From an uncultured bacterium (GTDB taxonomy: Bacteria > Cyanobacteriota > Vampirovibrionia > Gastranaerophilales > Gastranaerophilaceae): a stretch of 64,000 nt of DNA. Where the stretch lies: positions 1,400 to 65,399 of the forward strand of contig CACXDL010000041.1 in the NCBI GenBank assembly GCA_902766395.1, given 5' to 3'. Made by a program: the position numbers and the translations under genes. The stretch's first letter is position 1; the number at the start of each line of letters is the position of its first letter. The notes beneath the pieces are model-generated. The model searched no databases and had not been told where the DNA came from. It saw nothing but the letters and a program-made list of their open reading frames with translations. Below are positions 47,272-57,227 of the stretch, piece by piece.

Positions 47272-47652
47272 ATGAGAAAAACTTTTAACGAAATTAATAT
47301 TACACCTTTGACAGATATTTTTCTTGTTTTACTTATCATAATGATGGTAGTTGCACCGTTATTGGATCAACAGGGAATTAGCCTAACGGTACCGGAAAAT
47401 GTTGAAGCCGAAAAAATTGAAAAAGAACCACAAATACTTACGGTTTATGTAACCCAATCTAACAAATATATTATAAATAATGAAGAAGTTCCTGGTGATG
47501 CTTTAGGAACAACACTCAGCAAAGAAATAAAAAATTATCCTGACGGATTATTAATCAAAACAGATTCAGATGCAACACACGGAGCTGTTGTAACATTGAT
47601 GGATAAAGCTCGTTATGCCGGAGTTAAAGCAATTTCAATGGATAAAATATAA
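47272..47652 (+). CDS. ExbD/TolR-family protein
   Basis: EINITPLTDIFLVLLIIMMV motif. Tandem paralogue of the preceding gene. Confidence 0.85.
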   Translation: MRKTFNEINITPLTDIFLVLLIIMMVVAPLLDQQGISLTVPENVEAEKIEKEPQILTVYVTQSNKYIINNEEVPGDALGTTLSKEIKNYPDGLLIKTDSDATHGAVVTLMDKARYAGVKAISMDKI

Positions 47653-47654
47653 AA

Positions 47655-48692
47655 TTACAACCTTTGCAATGCGTGCTTAAGGATTTTTAATTTTTTATCA
47701 TCTGTACCCAACCCACACAATAACATTGTTGATTTTTCATTTGTCCTTTCATCTTCGATGCCAAATTTGTTGTATAAGGTTTCGGATAATTGATAGCCTG
47801 AAACACCGGGAATTCGTATTAAGACTTTTGTTGGGTCATCACCAAAAAATTCACAATTATCAACGCTGTCTCTTATTTTATCTAACTTTGAAATAAGTTC
47901 ATCAATTTCTTTTCTTCCTTTTTCGGAATTAAGATAAATAATATTATTTTCAATAGAAGCCAATAATGGATAAGAAGGAGATGTAGTCATAAACATAGAT
48001 AATGCAGGGCGTACATCAACTTCGCAGTTACAATGAAGCAACGCAGTAGGGTTTAACCCGCCTGCAGTTTTGTGCAGAGATTGAACAGTAAAATCTGCAA
48101 TATTGACTGCTGACAACGGCAAATTTTCGCTAAACGGATATAATGCACCATGAGCCTCATCTACAATTAAATAAGCATTATGTTTTTCACAAACAGCCTT
48201 CAACTCTTCAATATCCGAGATTATCCCTTCGTATGTCGGCGATGTGACAATAACTGTTCTTATATCATACTTTGTCAAATAATAATCAATTAATTCGGGT
48301 TTGGTCTCCATTGGGATACCCCAATACTTATCAACTTCAAGGTCATAAGTTAACGCCCTTGCCCCTGCAAGACGAACAGCATTATAATGACACGGATGGG
48401 CATTAGATGCAATTAGAACCTTATCTCCGACCTGGGTGCAAGACAAAACCGCCGCAATTATTCCGCTGGTAGAACCGTTCGTCAAAAATGTTGTAGAATA
48501 CGTGTGATAAACAGTCCTTGCCCATAACTGAGCATAATGAAGGGCTTCTTGCGGATCTTGAGATTCTGTTTCCGAGATATCATATTTATAAAAATCTTTA
48601 ATAGGCTCATACAGAAATCTTTTCTGACCGTGAGAAGGAGTTGTAAAACAAGTGACTTTATTTTTTTCTTCTAACAGTTTTACTAAACTCAT
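47655..48692 (-). CDS. Orn/Lys/Arg decarboxylase-family PLP enzyme (short form)
   Basis: PLP-lysine context VQSLHKTAGGLNP and DEAHGA motif. Only 345 aa, so it appears to lack the usual C-terminal domain. Confidence 0.7.
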   Translation of the reverse strand: MSLVKLLEEKNKVTCFTTPSHGQKRFLYEPIKDFYKYDISETESQDPQEALHYAQLWARTVYHTYSTTFLTNGSTSGIIAAVLSCTQVGDKVLIASNAHPCHYNAVRLAGARALTYDLEVDKYWGIPMETKPELIDYYLTKYDIRTVIVTSPTYEGIISDIEELKAVCEKHNAYLIVDEAHGALYPFSENLPLSAVNIADFTVQSLHKTAGGLNPTALLHCNCEVDVRPALSMFMTTSPSYPLLASIENNIIYLNSEKGRKEIDELISKLDKIRDSVDNCEFFGDDPTKVLIRIPGVSGYQLSETLYNKFGIEDERTNEKSTMLLCGLGTDDKKLKILKHALQRL

Positions 48693-48699
48693 TTAGCGC

Positions 48700-49293
48700 C
48701 TACTTATTTTTTATCTCAACATTACGTTTTGCACAATATTGTACGAGCATCATTTTATCCTTATTAGAGTCAAATGTAAATTGACCGGAAATAAGATATC
48801 CTTCATTTTCTTTCTGTTTTTCAACTCTTATCGGATGGAAATAACATTTTACTGATGAGGTATCCGAAACTTGTACATTTAATTCATAAGTAGAGTCAAT
48901 ATCAATTTTTTCAGACGTACATAATTTCATACCCCCGGCTGAAATATCTAAAGTTTGAATTTTGTATGAAGCGCCATTAGAAAATATCTCTGTATCTCCT
49001 ACAAATTTTATACGGGTATATTGACGTCTTTGCAAAAACTTGTGTTTTGCAGGACTTGCAATCACTAATTTTTTTCCGTCAATAGTTTTTGCATAAGAAT
49101 CAAAATACAATTTTCCATGTTTAGTTTGTGTATAAAATTCGCAATAATTATTTACCAAAATACCTTTTGGTTCATAATCAAGTTCTAAAACAAAATCCCC
49201 TGCAGAAACACTTTTCACAGTTCCCTCATTTACATATTTAAAATCCTGAGGAATAATTAATACTCTTTGATTTTCTACAACTAATTCTCTCAT
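48700..49293 (-). CDS. PilZ-domain c-di-GMP receptor (YcgR-like two-domain layout)
   Basis: RRQYTRIKF and DISAGGMKL motifs (RxxxR...D.S.GG), preceded by a ~85-aa N-terminal domain. Confidence 0.8.
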   Translation of the reverse strand: MRELVVENQRVLIIPQDFKYVNEGTVKSVSAGDFVLELDYEPKGILVNNYCEFYTQTKHGKLYFDSYAKTIDGKKLVIASPAKHKFLQRRQYTRIKFVGDTEIFSNGASYKIQTLDISAGGMKLCTSEKIDIDSTYELNVQVSDTSSVKCYFHPIRVEKQKENEGYLISGQFTFDSNKDKMMLVQYCAKRNVEIKNK

Positions 49294-49453
49294 AACATTC
49301 CTTTCGATTATATAATAAATAGATTATACAATTTTTTTTTATCTATGGCACAATGTAACAAATATATAATAATTCCTCTTTACTCATATTTTTATATGAA
49401 ATTTATACTATTTTCTTGAAAAGAATAAGTGTAATATATATCATTAATCTGTT

Positions 49454-51655
49454 ATGTCAGACGTCGAAACATTTAAAGAGTTAAAAGAAGCTTTAACCAA
49501 GCAGGAACATACTTCGGACGATATTGCATTAGTCGAAAAAGCATATAAATTCGCAAAAAAGAAGCACGAAGGGCAATATCGTGTTTCTGGTGAACCATAC
49601 ATAATTCATCCTGTTGAAGTTGCCAAAATACTTGCCAACCTTGAAGTTGACACGCACACACTAATGGCAGCATTTTTACATGACATACTGGAAGATACAG
49701 ACACAAAGCCTGAAACAATAAGAGAAATGTTTGGTGATGATGTTTTGAATCTCGTTCAGGGAGTTACCAAATTAGGAAAGTTAAAATTTAAGTCCAAAGA
49801 AGAAAGACAGGCAGAAAATTTCAGACGTCTGTTCATTGCAATGGCAAATGACATAAGAGTCATATTTTTAAAACTTGCAGACCGACTGCATAACATGCGG
49901 ACTCTTAACTTTATGACACCTGAAAAACAGAAAAAAATTGCTCAGGAAACCATAGATATTTTTGCACCTTTAGCAAACAGACTAGGTATCTACAAGATAA
50001 AAGCCGAACTAGAAGATTTATCACTTAAATATTTAGAGCCAGAGAAATACTATGAAATCGCACAATTAGTTGCCCAAACAAAATCTGACAGAGAATCTAC
50101 CGTAAACGAACTAATTGATAAAATTTCGCATGATGTTGAAAAAAGTGGTATAAAGGCACAAATTACGGGAAGAGCAAAGCACTATTACAGTATTTATGCA
50201 AAAATGAAACGCCAAAACATCACTTTTAATGACCTATATGATGTGACTGCAGTCAGAGTAATTGTAGACTCCATAAAAGAATGTTATGAAGTTTTGGGTA
50301 TAATTCATTCCCAATTTAAACCAATCCCCGGCAGATTTAAAGATTATATCGCAATGCCGAAAGGGAACATGTACCAATCATTACATACATCCGTTATCGG
50401 CCCTCGTTTAAAACCGCTGGAAGTTCAGATAAGAACATGGGAAATGCATCAAATTGCAGAATTCGGTATTGCTGCACATTGGAGATACAAAGAAAAAGGT
50501 TCACAAAAAGCAGACGGTGCGCAGGATAAACAATTCTCCTGGCTTCATAAACTTGTAGAATATGATAAAGAAGTAACAAATGCAGAGGATTATGTTAAAA
50601 GCGTAAAATTAGATCTATTTTCGGATCAGGTTTTTGCTTTCACTCCAAATGGTGATATTTATGATTTTCCAAAAGATGCAACATGTGTAGATTTTGCATA
50701 CAGGATTCACTCTGATGTAGGACATAAAACAGTCGGGGCTCTGATTAACGGCAGAATTGTGCCATTAAACACAAAACTCAATAACGGAGATATTGTTGAA
50801 GTTTTAACATCAAAAACGCCTGCTCCACGGCTGGATTGGTTAACATTTGTTGTAACCAAACAAGCATCTTCTAAAATTAAACAATGGTTCAAGAAAAATA
50901 ATAGGGAAGAGCACATTAATCTTGGGAAATCAGCTCTTGAACATGAACTTACTAAAGCAGTTTTTGATGAAAATTTGAAAAATGGAGAATTTGATAAAAT
51001 TGCCAAAATGATGAATTATCAAACAGGAGATGATTTATTTGCAGCAGTCGGCTACGGCGAAACAACGGCAAACAAAGTTGCAAACAAACTCAAAAAACCT
51101 GAAGATAAACATATTGAAGACTCTTTTCATAAAAGTGGCAGAAAGAGCTCTAACAAGGATATAATCGGCTTAGAAGGTATGTTATATTCTTTTGCCAGGT
51201 GCTGTTCGCCAATTCCGGGAGAACCAATTGTCGGAGTAATAACAAGAAACAAAGGAGTTACGGTCCACAGAGTTGACTGCAAAACACTTGAAACAATCCC
51301 ACACGAAAGAATGATGGATATCAAATGGGCAGGAATAAACACAAATAAAACATATACAACAACAATAAGAATTGAAACCGCTGAAAAATTAGGACTTTTA
51401 AAAGATGTTATTTCTGCTGTTTCAGATAATAATACGAATATTGTAAATGCAAATATTAAAACAAAAAATCATGTCGGTATTATCGAGATAGGCATAGAAC
51501 TTGATAATATTGATACTCTGAAAAAAGTTATAAATTGTATTCAATCTTTACCGGATGTCTATAGCGTAAAACGTATCCAGACATCTGCAAACAACATAAA
51601 AAATACTTCTGCAAGCAAACCTCAAAAAAGGAATATAAGCAAGAACAAAAAATAA
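49454..51655 (+). CDS. relA: Bifunctional (p)ppGpp synthetase/hydrolase (long RSH)
   Basis: HD hydrolase (HPVEVA...HDILED), synthetase (RAKHYYSIYAKM, DVTAVRVIV, YQSLH, EVQIRT), TGS and ACT domains. Confidence 0.95.
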   Translation: MSDVETFKELKEALTKQEHTSDDIALVEKAYKFAKKKHEGQYRVSGEPYIIHPVEVAKILANLEVDTHTLMAAFLHDILEDTDTKPETIREMFGDDVLNLVQGVTKLGKLKFKSKEERQAENFRRLFIAMANDIRVIFLKLADRLHNMRTLNFMTPEKQKKIAQETIDIFAPLANRLGIYKIKAELEDLSLKYLEPEKYYEIAQLVAQTKSDRESTVNELIDKISHDVEKSGIKAQITGRAKHYYSIYAKMKRQNITFNDLYDVTAVRVIVDSIKECYEVLGIIHSQFKPIPGRFKDYIAMPKGNMYQSLHTSVIGPRLKPLEVQIRTWEMHQIAEFGIAAHWRYKEKGSQKADGAQDKQFSWLHKLVEYDKEVTNAEDYVKSVKLDLFSDQVFAFTPNGDIYDFPKDATCVDFAYRIHSDVGHKTVGALINGRIVPLNTKLNNGDIVEVLTSKTPAPRLDWLTFVVTKQASSKIKQWFKKNNREEHINLGKSALEHELTKAVFDENLKNGEFDKIAKMMNYQTGDDLFAAVGYGETTANKVANKLKKPEDKHIEDSFHKSGRKSSNKDIIGLEGMLYSFARCCSPIPGEPIVGVITRNKGVTVHRVDCKTLETIPHERMMDIKWAGINTNKTYTTTIRIETAEKLGLLKDVISAVSDNNTNIVNANIKTKNHVGIIEIGIELDNIDTLKKVINCIQSLPDVYSVKRIQTSANNIKNTSASKPQKRNISKNKK

Positions 51656-51675
51656 AAATTAAAAAGGAGACGATT

Positions 51676-52242
51676 ATGGCAATTCCAAAAGAGACACTAG
51701 ATATTATTTGGCAAATTTATTATTATGTTGCAGTCTTTTCAACAATTATTTTTGCTATAAAACTCATAATATTTACTTTTGTAGGCGGAGATACAGAGGT
51801 TAATGCAGATTTTAATACAGAAACAGACACTGACACATCGTTTGGGTTTATCTCCCTCCAGACAATACTGGCATTCTTTATGGGCTTTGGCTGGATGGGA
51901 TATGCAATGTTAAAACAATTCGGACAAGGACAAATTGTATCATTACTTTCAGCTGTCGGCATCGGTTTGGTCTTTATGATCGGAACAGCTTTGTTGATGT
52001 TTTCGGTAAAAAAACTTGAAAAAAGTGTCAAAAAAGATAAAACAACTGCAATTGGCAAAATAGGAAAAGCATATACAAATTTTGACCCAAAAGGAAACGG
52101 TCAAATAGAAATTGCAGTAAATGAACAACTTACTGTTGCAGATGCAGTTAATACGACAGACGAAACAATAAATGCATTTGATAATGTTAAGGTTATAAAA
52201 GTAGAAAACGATATATTATACATAGAAAAAACAGATAAATAG
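51676..52242 (+). CDS. NfeD-like membrane protein
   Basis: Three TM segments plus a C-terminal OB-like domain (GKIGKAYTNFDPKGNGQIEI...VKVIKVENDILYIEK). Precedes a flotillin gene, as in known nfeD-flotillin operons. Confidence 0.65.
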   Translation: MAIPKETLDIIWQIYYYVAVFSTIIFAIKLIIFTFVGGDTEVNADFNTETDTDTSFGFISLQTILAFFMGFGWMGYAMLKQFGQGQIVSLLSAVGIGLVFMIGTALLMFSVKKLEKSVKKDKTTAIGKIGKAYTNFDPKGNGQIEIAVNEQLTVADAVNTTDETINAFDNVKVIKVENDILYIEKTDK

Positions 52243-52252
52243 GAGAAAAAAC

Positions 52253-53686
52253 ATGTTTGGACTAATTGTAGCAGCAGCTTTGATATTCGTAGCAATTTTT
52301 TCATTTGTTGCGAATCAATACAAAAGATGCCCCTCTAACAAAATTATTGTAGTTTACGGTAAAACAGGCGGAGAAAGAACAGCAAAATGTGTTCACGGCG
52401 GCGGGACATTTATTATCCCGCTAATTCAGGATTATGGTGTTTTATCTTTAGAACCAATGACAACCGATATTGATTTAAAAGGCGCATTATCAAAAGGAAA
52501 TATTCGTGTTGCTGTACCGTCAACATTTACATTTGGTATTTCAACAGATCCAAGTATTATGATTAATGCTGCAGAACGTCTATTAGGCTTATCAAGAAGT
52601 GAAGTAATTACTCAGGCCAGTGATATTATTCTTGGCCAATTACGTCTTGCAATTGCAACACTATCTATTGAAGAGATCAATCAGGATAGAGAAAAATTCT
52701 TGGAGCAAATTAACGCAAACGTAAACACAGAATTGAAAAAAATCGGTCTTGAAATCATCAACGTAAACATCAAAGATATTACGGATGAATCAGGATATAT
52801 AGATGCTATCGGTAGAAAAGCAGCAGCAGAAGCAATAAACAAAGCAAAAGTAGAAGTTGCACAACAGGAAAAACTTGGTGCAGTTGGTGAAGCTGAAGCA
52901 AATAAAGAAAAAGAAGTTCAGGTTGCACAACAATCTGCTCAAACTCAAATCGGTAGAACAAATGCAGAAAAAGAACAACGTATTAAAACTGCTGATTTGG
53001 AAGCTCAGGCTGTCGAAGGGGAAAACATTGCAAAAGCCAATATTGCAGAATACAACGCAACCCTTTCCGTTAAACAGGCAGATGCATTCAGAGAAGGAGA
53101 AGTTGCGAAAGCAAACGCACAAAGGGATGTATTACTTGCACAAAAAGAGCAAGAAGAAGCTAAATTAAAGAAAGAAGAACTCGCAAGACAAGAAGTTGAA
53201 AAATTAAAAATTCAGGTTCAGGCTGATGCAGAAGCCGAAAAATTAAGACGTGTTGCACAAGGTCAGGCAGATGCAATAAGAGCAAAATATTTTGCAGAAG
53301 CAGAAGGTGTAAAAGCAGTATTAGAAGCAAAAGCACAAGGTTATGCAGAATTAGTAAGAATCTCTAATAACAGACCGGAAATTGCAACAAGCTTCCTGAT
53401 GATCGAAAAAGTTCAGGATTTGGTTGCTAAACAGGTTGAAGCAATTAAAAATATCAAATTTGATAAAATTACAGTTTGGGATGGTGGCGCAGGATCTCCA
53501 AACGGTTCCACAACTGCCAATTTTATGAAGGATTTGATTAAATCACTACCGGCTATGCACGACCTTGCAAATCAGGCAGGAATTGAACTGCCACAAGTTT
53601 TAGGCAAAGTAGACAACGGTCTTGAGGAAGTTGCAGCCGTTGCTTCTGAAGTCAAAACAGAAAAATCAGAAAAAAAAGATAAATAA
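52253..53686 (+). CDS. Flotillin-like SPFH domain protein
   Basis: N-terminal hairpin, SPFH domain, long Ala/Glu/Lys/Gln coiled-coil (flotillin repeats). Confidence 0.85.
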   Translation: MFGLIVAAALIFVAIFSFVANQYKRCPSNKIIVVYGKTGGERTAKCVHGGGTFIIPLIQDYGVLSLEPMTTDIDLKGALSKGNIRVAVPSTFTFGISTDPSIMINAAERLLGLSRSEVITQASDIILGQLRLAIATLSIEEINQDREKFLEQINANVNTELKKIGLEIINVNIKDITDESGYIDAIGRKAAAEAINKAKVEVAQQEKLGAVGEAEANKEKEVQVAQQSAQTQIGRTNAEKEQRIKTADLEAQAVEGENIAKANIAEYNATLSVKQADAFREGEVAKANAQRDVLLAQKEQEEAKLKKEELARQEVEKLKIQVQADAEAEKLRRVAQGQADAIRAKYFAEAEGVKAVLEAKAQGYAELVRISNNRPEIATSFLMIEKVQDLVAKQVEAIKNIKFDKITVWDGGAGSPNGSTTANFMKDLIKSLPAMHDLANQAGIELPQVLGKVDNGLEEVAAVASEVKTEKSEKKDK

Positions 53687-53703
53687 AAAATTATAATATT
53701 TAC

Positions 53704-53740
53704 ACGAGGGAGCACCTGTTTGGACTCCCTCGTTTTTTTT
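53704..53740 (+). terminator. Rho-independent terminator
   Basis: ACGAGGGAG (53704-53712) pairs with CTCCCTCGT (53725-53733), followed by a T run. Confidence 0.8.
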
Positions 53741-53811
53741 GAAATATGTGTTTTTTATAAGAATTACTTATATTGCTTTAAAAAAAATATAAATTATGGT
53801 ACTATTTTTTT

Positions 53812-54960
53812 ATGGATAGAAAAGAATTTATCAAAGCGAAAAGAATTGTAATTAAACTTGGCACAAATGTTTTAAGAGGCGATGAAGGAAATGTTTCTTT
53901 GCCAAGAATTTATACATTTATTGAGGATATTGCAAATCTTGTAAAAAGCGGTAAAGAGGTTATTGTTATAACATCAGGTGCAGTCAGTATGGGTAAAAAA
54001 CGTCTAAATTTACCGGATACAAAAGGAACAGCACTAAAACAAGCTTGTGCAGCTATCGGCCAAAGTAAACTGATGTCAATATACGAAAACGGATTTGACA
54101 CTTATGGTTTAACAGCTGCTCAAATACTATTGACAGAAGATGACTTCTCAGTAAGAGAAAAATACTTGAGTTTGAGAACAACTTTTAATAAACTTCTTGA
54201 ACTTGAAGTAATCCCTGTAATTAATCAAAACGATACCGTTTCAACGTTGGAAATTGCTCCTCGCTTCGCGGCAGATGATATGCAGGTATGCTTCTCTGAT
54301 AATGATAAATTGTCCGCACTTGTTGCAAGCGAATTAGATGCAGATCTATTGATAATTCTCTCTGACATCGACGGCTTATACGACAGCAACCCAAAAACAA
54401 ATCCGAATGCTCAATTGATAAAATGCGTTTCTGAAGTAAATGAAGAAATTATGTCACTGGGAACAGGAGCATCTGATGGCGGCAGAGGAGGAATGGAAAC
54501 AAAACTCCAGGCTGCGCACATGGTTACACGCTTTGGTGGAAAGGTTTTAATTGCAAACGGAAAAGAACCATATGTTATAAAAAGAATTTTTGAAGGAGAA
54601 GATCTTGGCACAATGTTTTTGCCTTCAAGTGAAAATTTATCTGATAAAAAACGTTGGATTGGTTATGCCACAAATATCATAGGAAAAATTATCGTAAATG
54701 AGGGGGCAAAAAATGCCCTTATAAAAGAAGAAAAGAGTCTCTTACCTATCGGAGTGGTTGATATTAAAAATAATTTTCATAAAGGAGATGTTATTTCGGT
54801 ATTAGACGAAAACAATCACGAATTTGCGAGAGGAATCGTTAATTATGATTCTGAATCATGCAAGAAATTAGTTGGTAAGCATTCTGATGATATTCTCAAA
54901 ATATTAGGACATAAAAACTATGATGCTGTTATTACCAGAGACAATATAACAATTCTTTAG
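53812..54960 (+). CDS. proB: Glutamate 5-kinase (with PUA domain)
   Basis: KLGTN.L, ITSGAV..G and NENDTV-like (NQNDTV) motifs. C-terminal PUA. TGgTACTAT-N6-ATG upstream. Confidence 0.9.
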   Translation: MDRKEFIKAKRIVIKLGTNVLRGDEGNVSLPRIYTFIEDIANLVKSGKEVIVITSGAVSMGKKRLNLPDTKGTALKQACAAIGQSKLMSIYENGFDTYGLTAAQILLTEDDFSVREKYLSLRTTFNKLLELEVIPVINQNDTVSTLEIAPRFAADDMQVCFSDNDKLSALVASELDADLLIILSDIDGLYDSNPKTNPNAQLIKCVSEVNEEIMSLGTGASDGGRGGMETKLQAAHMVTRFGGKVLIANGKEPYVIKRIFEGEDLGTMFLPSSENLSDKKRWIGYATNIIGKIIVNEGAKNALIKEEKSLLPIGVVDIKNNFHKGDVISVLDENNHEFARGIVNYDSESCKKLVGKHSDDILKILGHKNYDAVITRDNITIL

Positions 54961-54970
54961 GAAGGCTGGA

Positions 54971-56218
54971 ATGGAATTTACAAAAATTGCACAACAGGCA
55001 AAACAGGCATCTTTAGAAATTGCCGGTTTGAATACAAGGATAAAAAATATAGCTTTAGAAGCAATAGCATCTGCTTTTGAACAAAATAAAAAAATTATAT
55101 TTGATGCCAATAAGCAGGATCTAATATCTGCCAAGACTCTTGTAGAAGAAGGAAAACTCGCAAAATCAACATATAACAGGTTAAAACTTGATGAAAATAA
55201 AATGCGGGATATGATACAGGGAGTAAGAGATATTGCAAAATTAGAAGATCCTATCGGAGAAATACTTTTAAAAAGAGAATTAGATAAAGATTTAATATTG
55301 ACAAAAGTTAGCTGTCCTATAGGGGTTTTAGGAATAATATTTGAAGCAAGACCAGATGTTATCTCCCAAATTTCATCACTTGCAATAAAGTCTTCCAATG
55401 CTGTTATTTTAAAAGGTGGTAAAGAATCCATTAATACCAACAAAACTATTATGGATATTATGAATAGCGCATTAAAAACTATTGAAGAATTTCCTCAAAA
55501 TGTTATACAACAAGTTTTTACTCATGAAGATATTGCGCAAATGCTGAAATGCGACGAATACATAAATTTAATAATTCCTCGGGGAGGAAATAAACTTGTT
55601 CAGTACATAAAAAATAATACTAATATTCCTGTACTTGGTCATGCCAGTGGGATTTGCCATATTTTTGTTGATTCAAATGCAGATTATGATATGGCTTCAA
55701 GAATAGTTACAGATGCCAAAACTCAATATCCAAGTGCCTGCAATGCTGTAGAAACAATGCTTATACATAAAGATTTTCCTCTAAAGAATGAATTATATGC
55801 ATCTTTAGAACTAAACGAAATTAAGCTTGTTAAAAATCCTGACAGATGGGACATTGAGTATGGGGACAAAATTTTATCGGTAAAAGAAGTTAATTCTCTT
55901 GATGAAGCAATAGCCCACATAAATAAATATGGCTCCGGTCATACAGACAGCATAATAACAAATAACACTCAAAATGCTGAAATATTTATGAATAATGTAG
56001 ATAGCGCAGGTGTATACTGGAATGCTTCAACAAGATTTGCAGATGGCTTTCGCTACGGTTTTGGAGCCGAAGTAGGAATCTCAACCAATAAAACACACGC
56101 CAGAGGTCCTGTAGGTTTGGAAGGTTTAACAATATATAAATACAAACTGACCGGAAACGGGCAAATTGTTGATGATTATGTTAAAGGTGAAAAACATTTT
56201 ACCCATAAAGATGTTTAG
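54971..56218 (+). CDS. proA: Gamma-glutamyl phosphate reductase
   Basis: Aldehyde dehydrogenase fold with catalytic Cys context (PSACNAVETMLIH). Adjacent to proB. Confidence 0.9.
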   Translation: MEFTKIAQQAKQASLEIAGLNTRIKNIALEAIASAFEQNKKIIFDANKQDLISAKTLVEEGKLAKSTYNRLKLDENKMRDMIQGVRDIAKLEDPIGEILLKRELDKDLILTKVSCPIGVLGIIFEARPDVISQISSLAIKSSNAVILKGGKESINTNKTIMDIMNSALKTIEEFPQNVIQQVFTHEDIAQMLKCDEYINLIIPRGGNKLVQYIKNNTNIPVLGHASGICHIFVDSNADYDMASRIVTDAKTQYPSACNAVETMLIHKDFPLKNELYASLELNEIKLVKNPDRWDIEYGDKILSVKEVNSLDEAIAHINKYGSGHTDSIITNNTQNAEIFMNNVDSAGVYWNASTRFADGFRYGFGAEVGISTNKTHARGPVGLEGLTIYKYKLTGNGQIVDDYVKGEKHFTHKDV

Positions 56219-56314
56219 AGTGTTATCTTAACATTTTTTATTATATAATTGAAATTGTACTATGTTGGTAATAGTATCAAATAACGAGTATAGATAGTAG
56301 AATTGGAAAATGTT

Positions 56315-57187
56315 ATGGCATTAAATTTTCAGGAACTTGTATTAAATTTACAGAAATTTTGGGCTGACTATGGATGCATAATAGAACAGCCATATGATAT
56401 TGAAAAAGGGGCTTCCACAATGAACCCTGCAACTTTTTTAAGAGTTTTGGGCCCGGAACCTTGGTCTACAGCAATGATCGAGCCTTGCAGAAGACCGACA
56501 GATGCCCGTTATGGGGAAAATCCAAACAGATTGGGACATTACTTTCAGTTTCAGACAATTTTAAAACCTTGCCCTGATGACTCTCAAGAATTATACCTGA
56601 GAAGCCTGGAGGCAATGGGGATTGATCTTACCGAACACGATGTCAGATTTGTAGAAGATAACTGGGAATCTCCAACTTTGGGTGCAGCCGGGGTTGGTTG
56701 GGAAGTTTGGCTTGACGGTATGGAAATTTCACAATTTACATATTTCCAACAAGTTGGCGGTTTGGAAATTAAGCCTGTTGCATTAGAATTAACTTACGGT
56801 TTGGAAAGAATTGCTATGTATTTACAGAATAAATCTTCTGTATTTGATATAATGTGGAATGACAAATTAACTTATGGAGATATTTATCACCAAAATGAAG
56901 TTGAACAGTCAAAATACAATTTTGAAATTTCAAATTCGGACGATTTATTCAAATCTTTTGATATTTACCAAAAAGAAGTTGAAAACTGCTTAAATGCTAA
57001 ATTAGTACTGCCGGCATATGATTACGTTTTAAAATGTTCTCATACATTTAATTTGCTTGATGCCCGCGGTGTAATAAGTAAAGATGAAAGAAACAATTTT
57101 ATTGGCAGGGTAAGAACTATGGCTTCCGGAGTTGCAAAATTATATGTAGAACAACGTGAAGCAATGGGATTCCCTCTTTGTAAATAA
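56315..57187 (+). CDS. glyQ: Glycine--tRNA ligase alpha subunit
   Basis: [17 protein letters not shown]...QPYD.E.GA.T..P.TFLR, highly conserved. The ATG at 56315 is preferred over the TTG at 56303. No glyS is adjacent. Confidence 0.9.
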   Translation: MALNFQELVLNLQKFWADYGCIIEQPYDIEKGASTMNPATFLRVLGPEPWSTAMIEPCRRPTDARYGENPNRLGHYFQFQTILKPCPDDSQELYLRSLEAMGIDLTEHDVRFVEDNWESPTLGAAGVGWEVWLDGMEISQFTYFQQVGGLEIKPVALELTYGLERIAMYLQNKSSVFDIMWNDKLTYGDIYHQNEVEQSKYNFEISNSDDLFKSFDIYQKEVENCLNAKLVLPAYDYVLKCSHTFNLLDARGVISKDERNNFIGRVRTMASGVAKLYVEQREAMGFPLCK

Positions 57188-57227
57188 TTTAATATAAGTA
57201 CTAGGTTGTTAATTATAAGGAAAACAA

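Noticed and set aside
54904-55443. 179-aa minus-strand ORF, and similar 60-150-aa antisense or alternate-frame ORFs elsewhere (11913-12365, 46444-46872, 7656-7991, 6957-7286, 8465-8686, 8741-8926, 17436-17795, 51723-52058, 52790-53122, 22583-22924, 25494-25886, 43297-43569 and others)
   Set aside because: All lie wholly inside well-supported genes with clear family motifs on the other strand or frame. They have skewed low-complexity composition and lack start-site signals. Such ORFs are expected by chance in AT-rich DNA with few stop codons on the antisense of Lys/Glu-rich genes.
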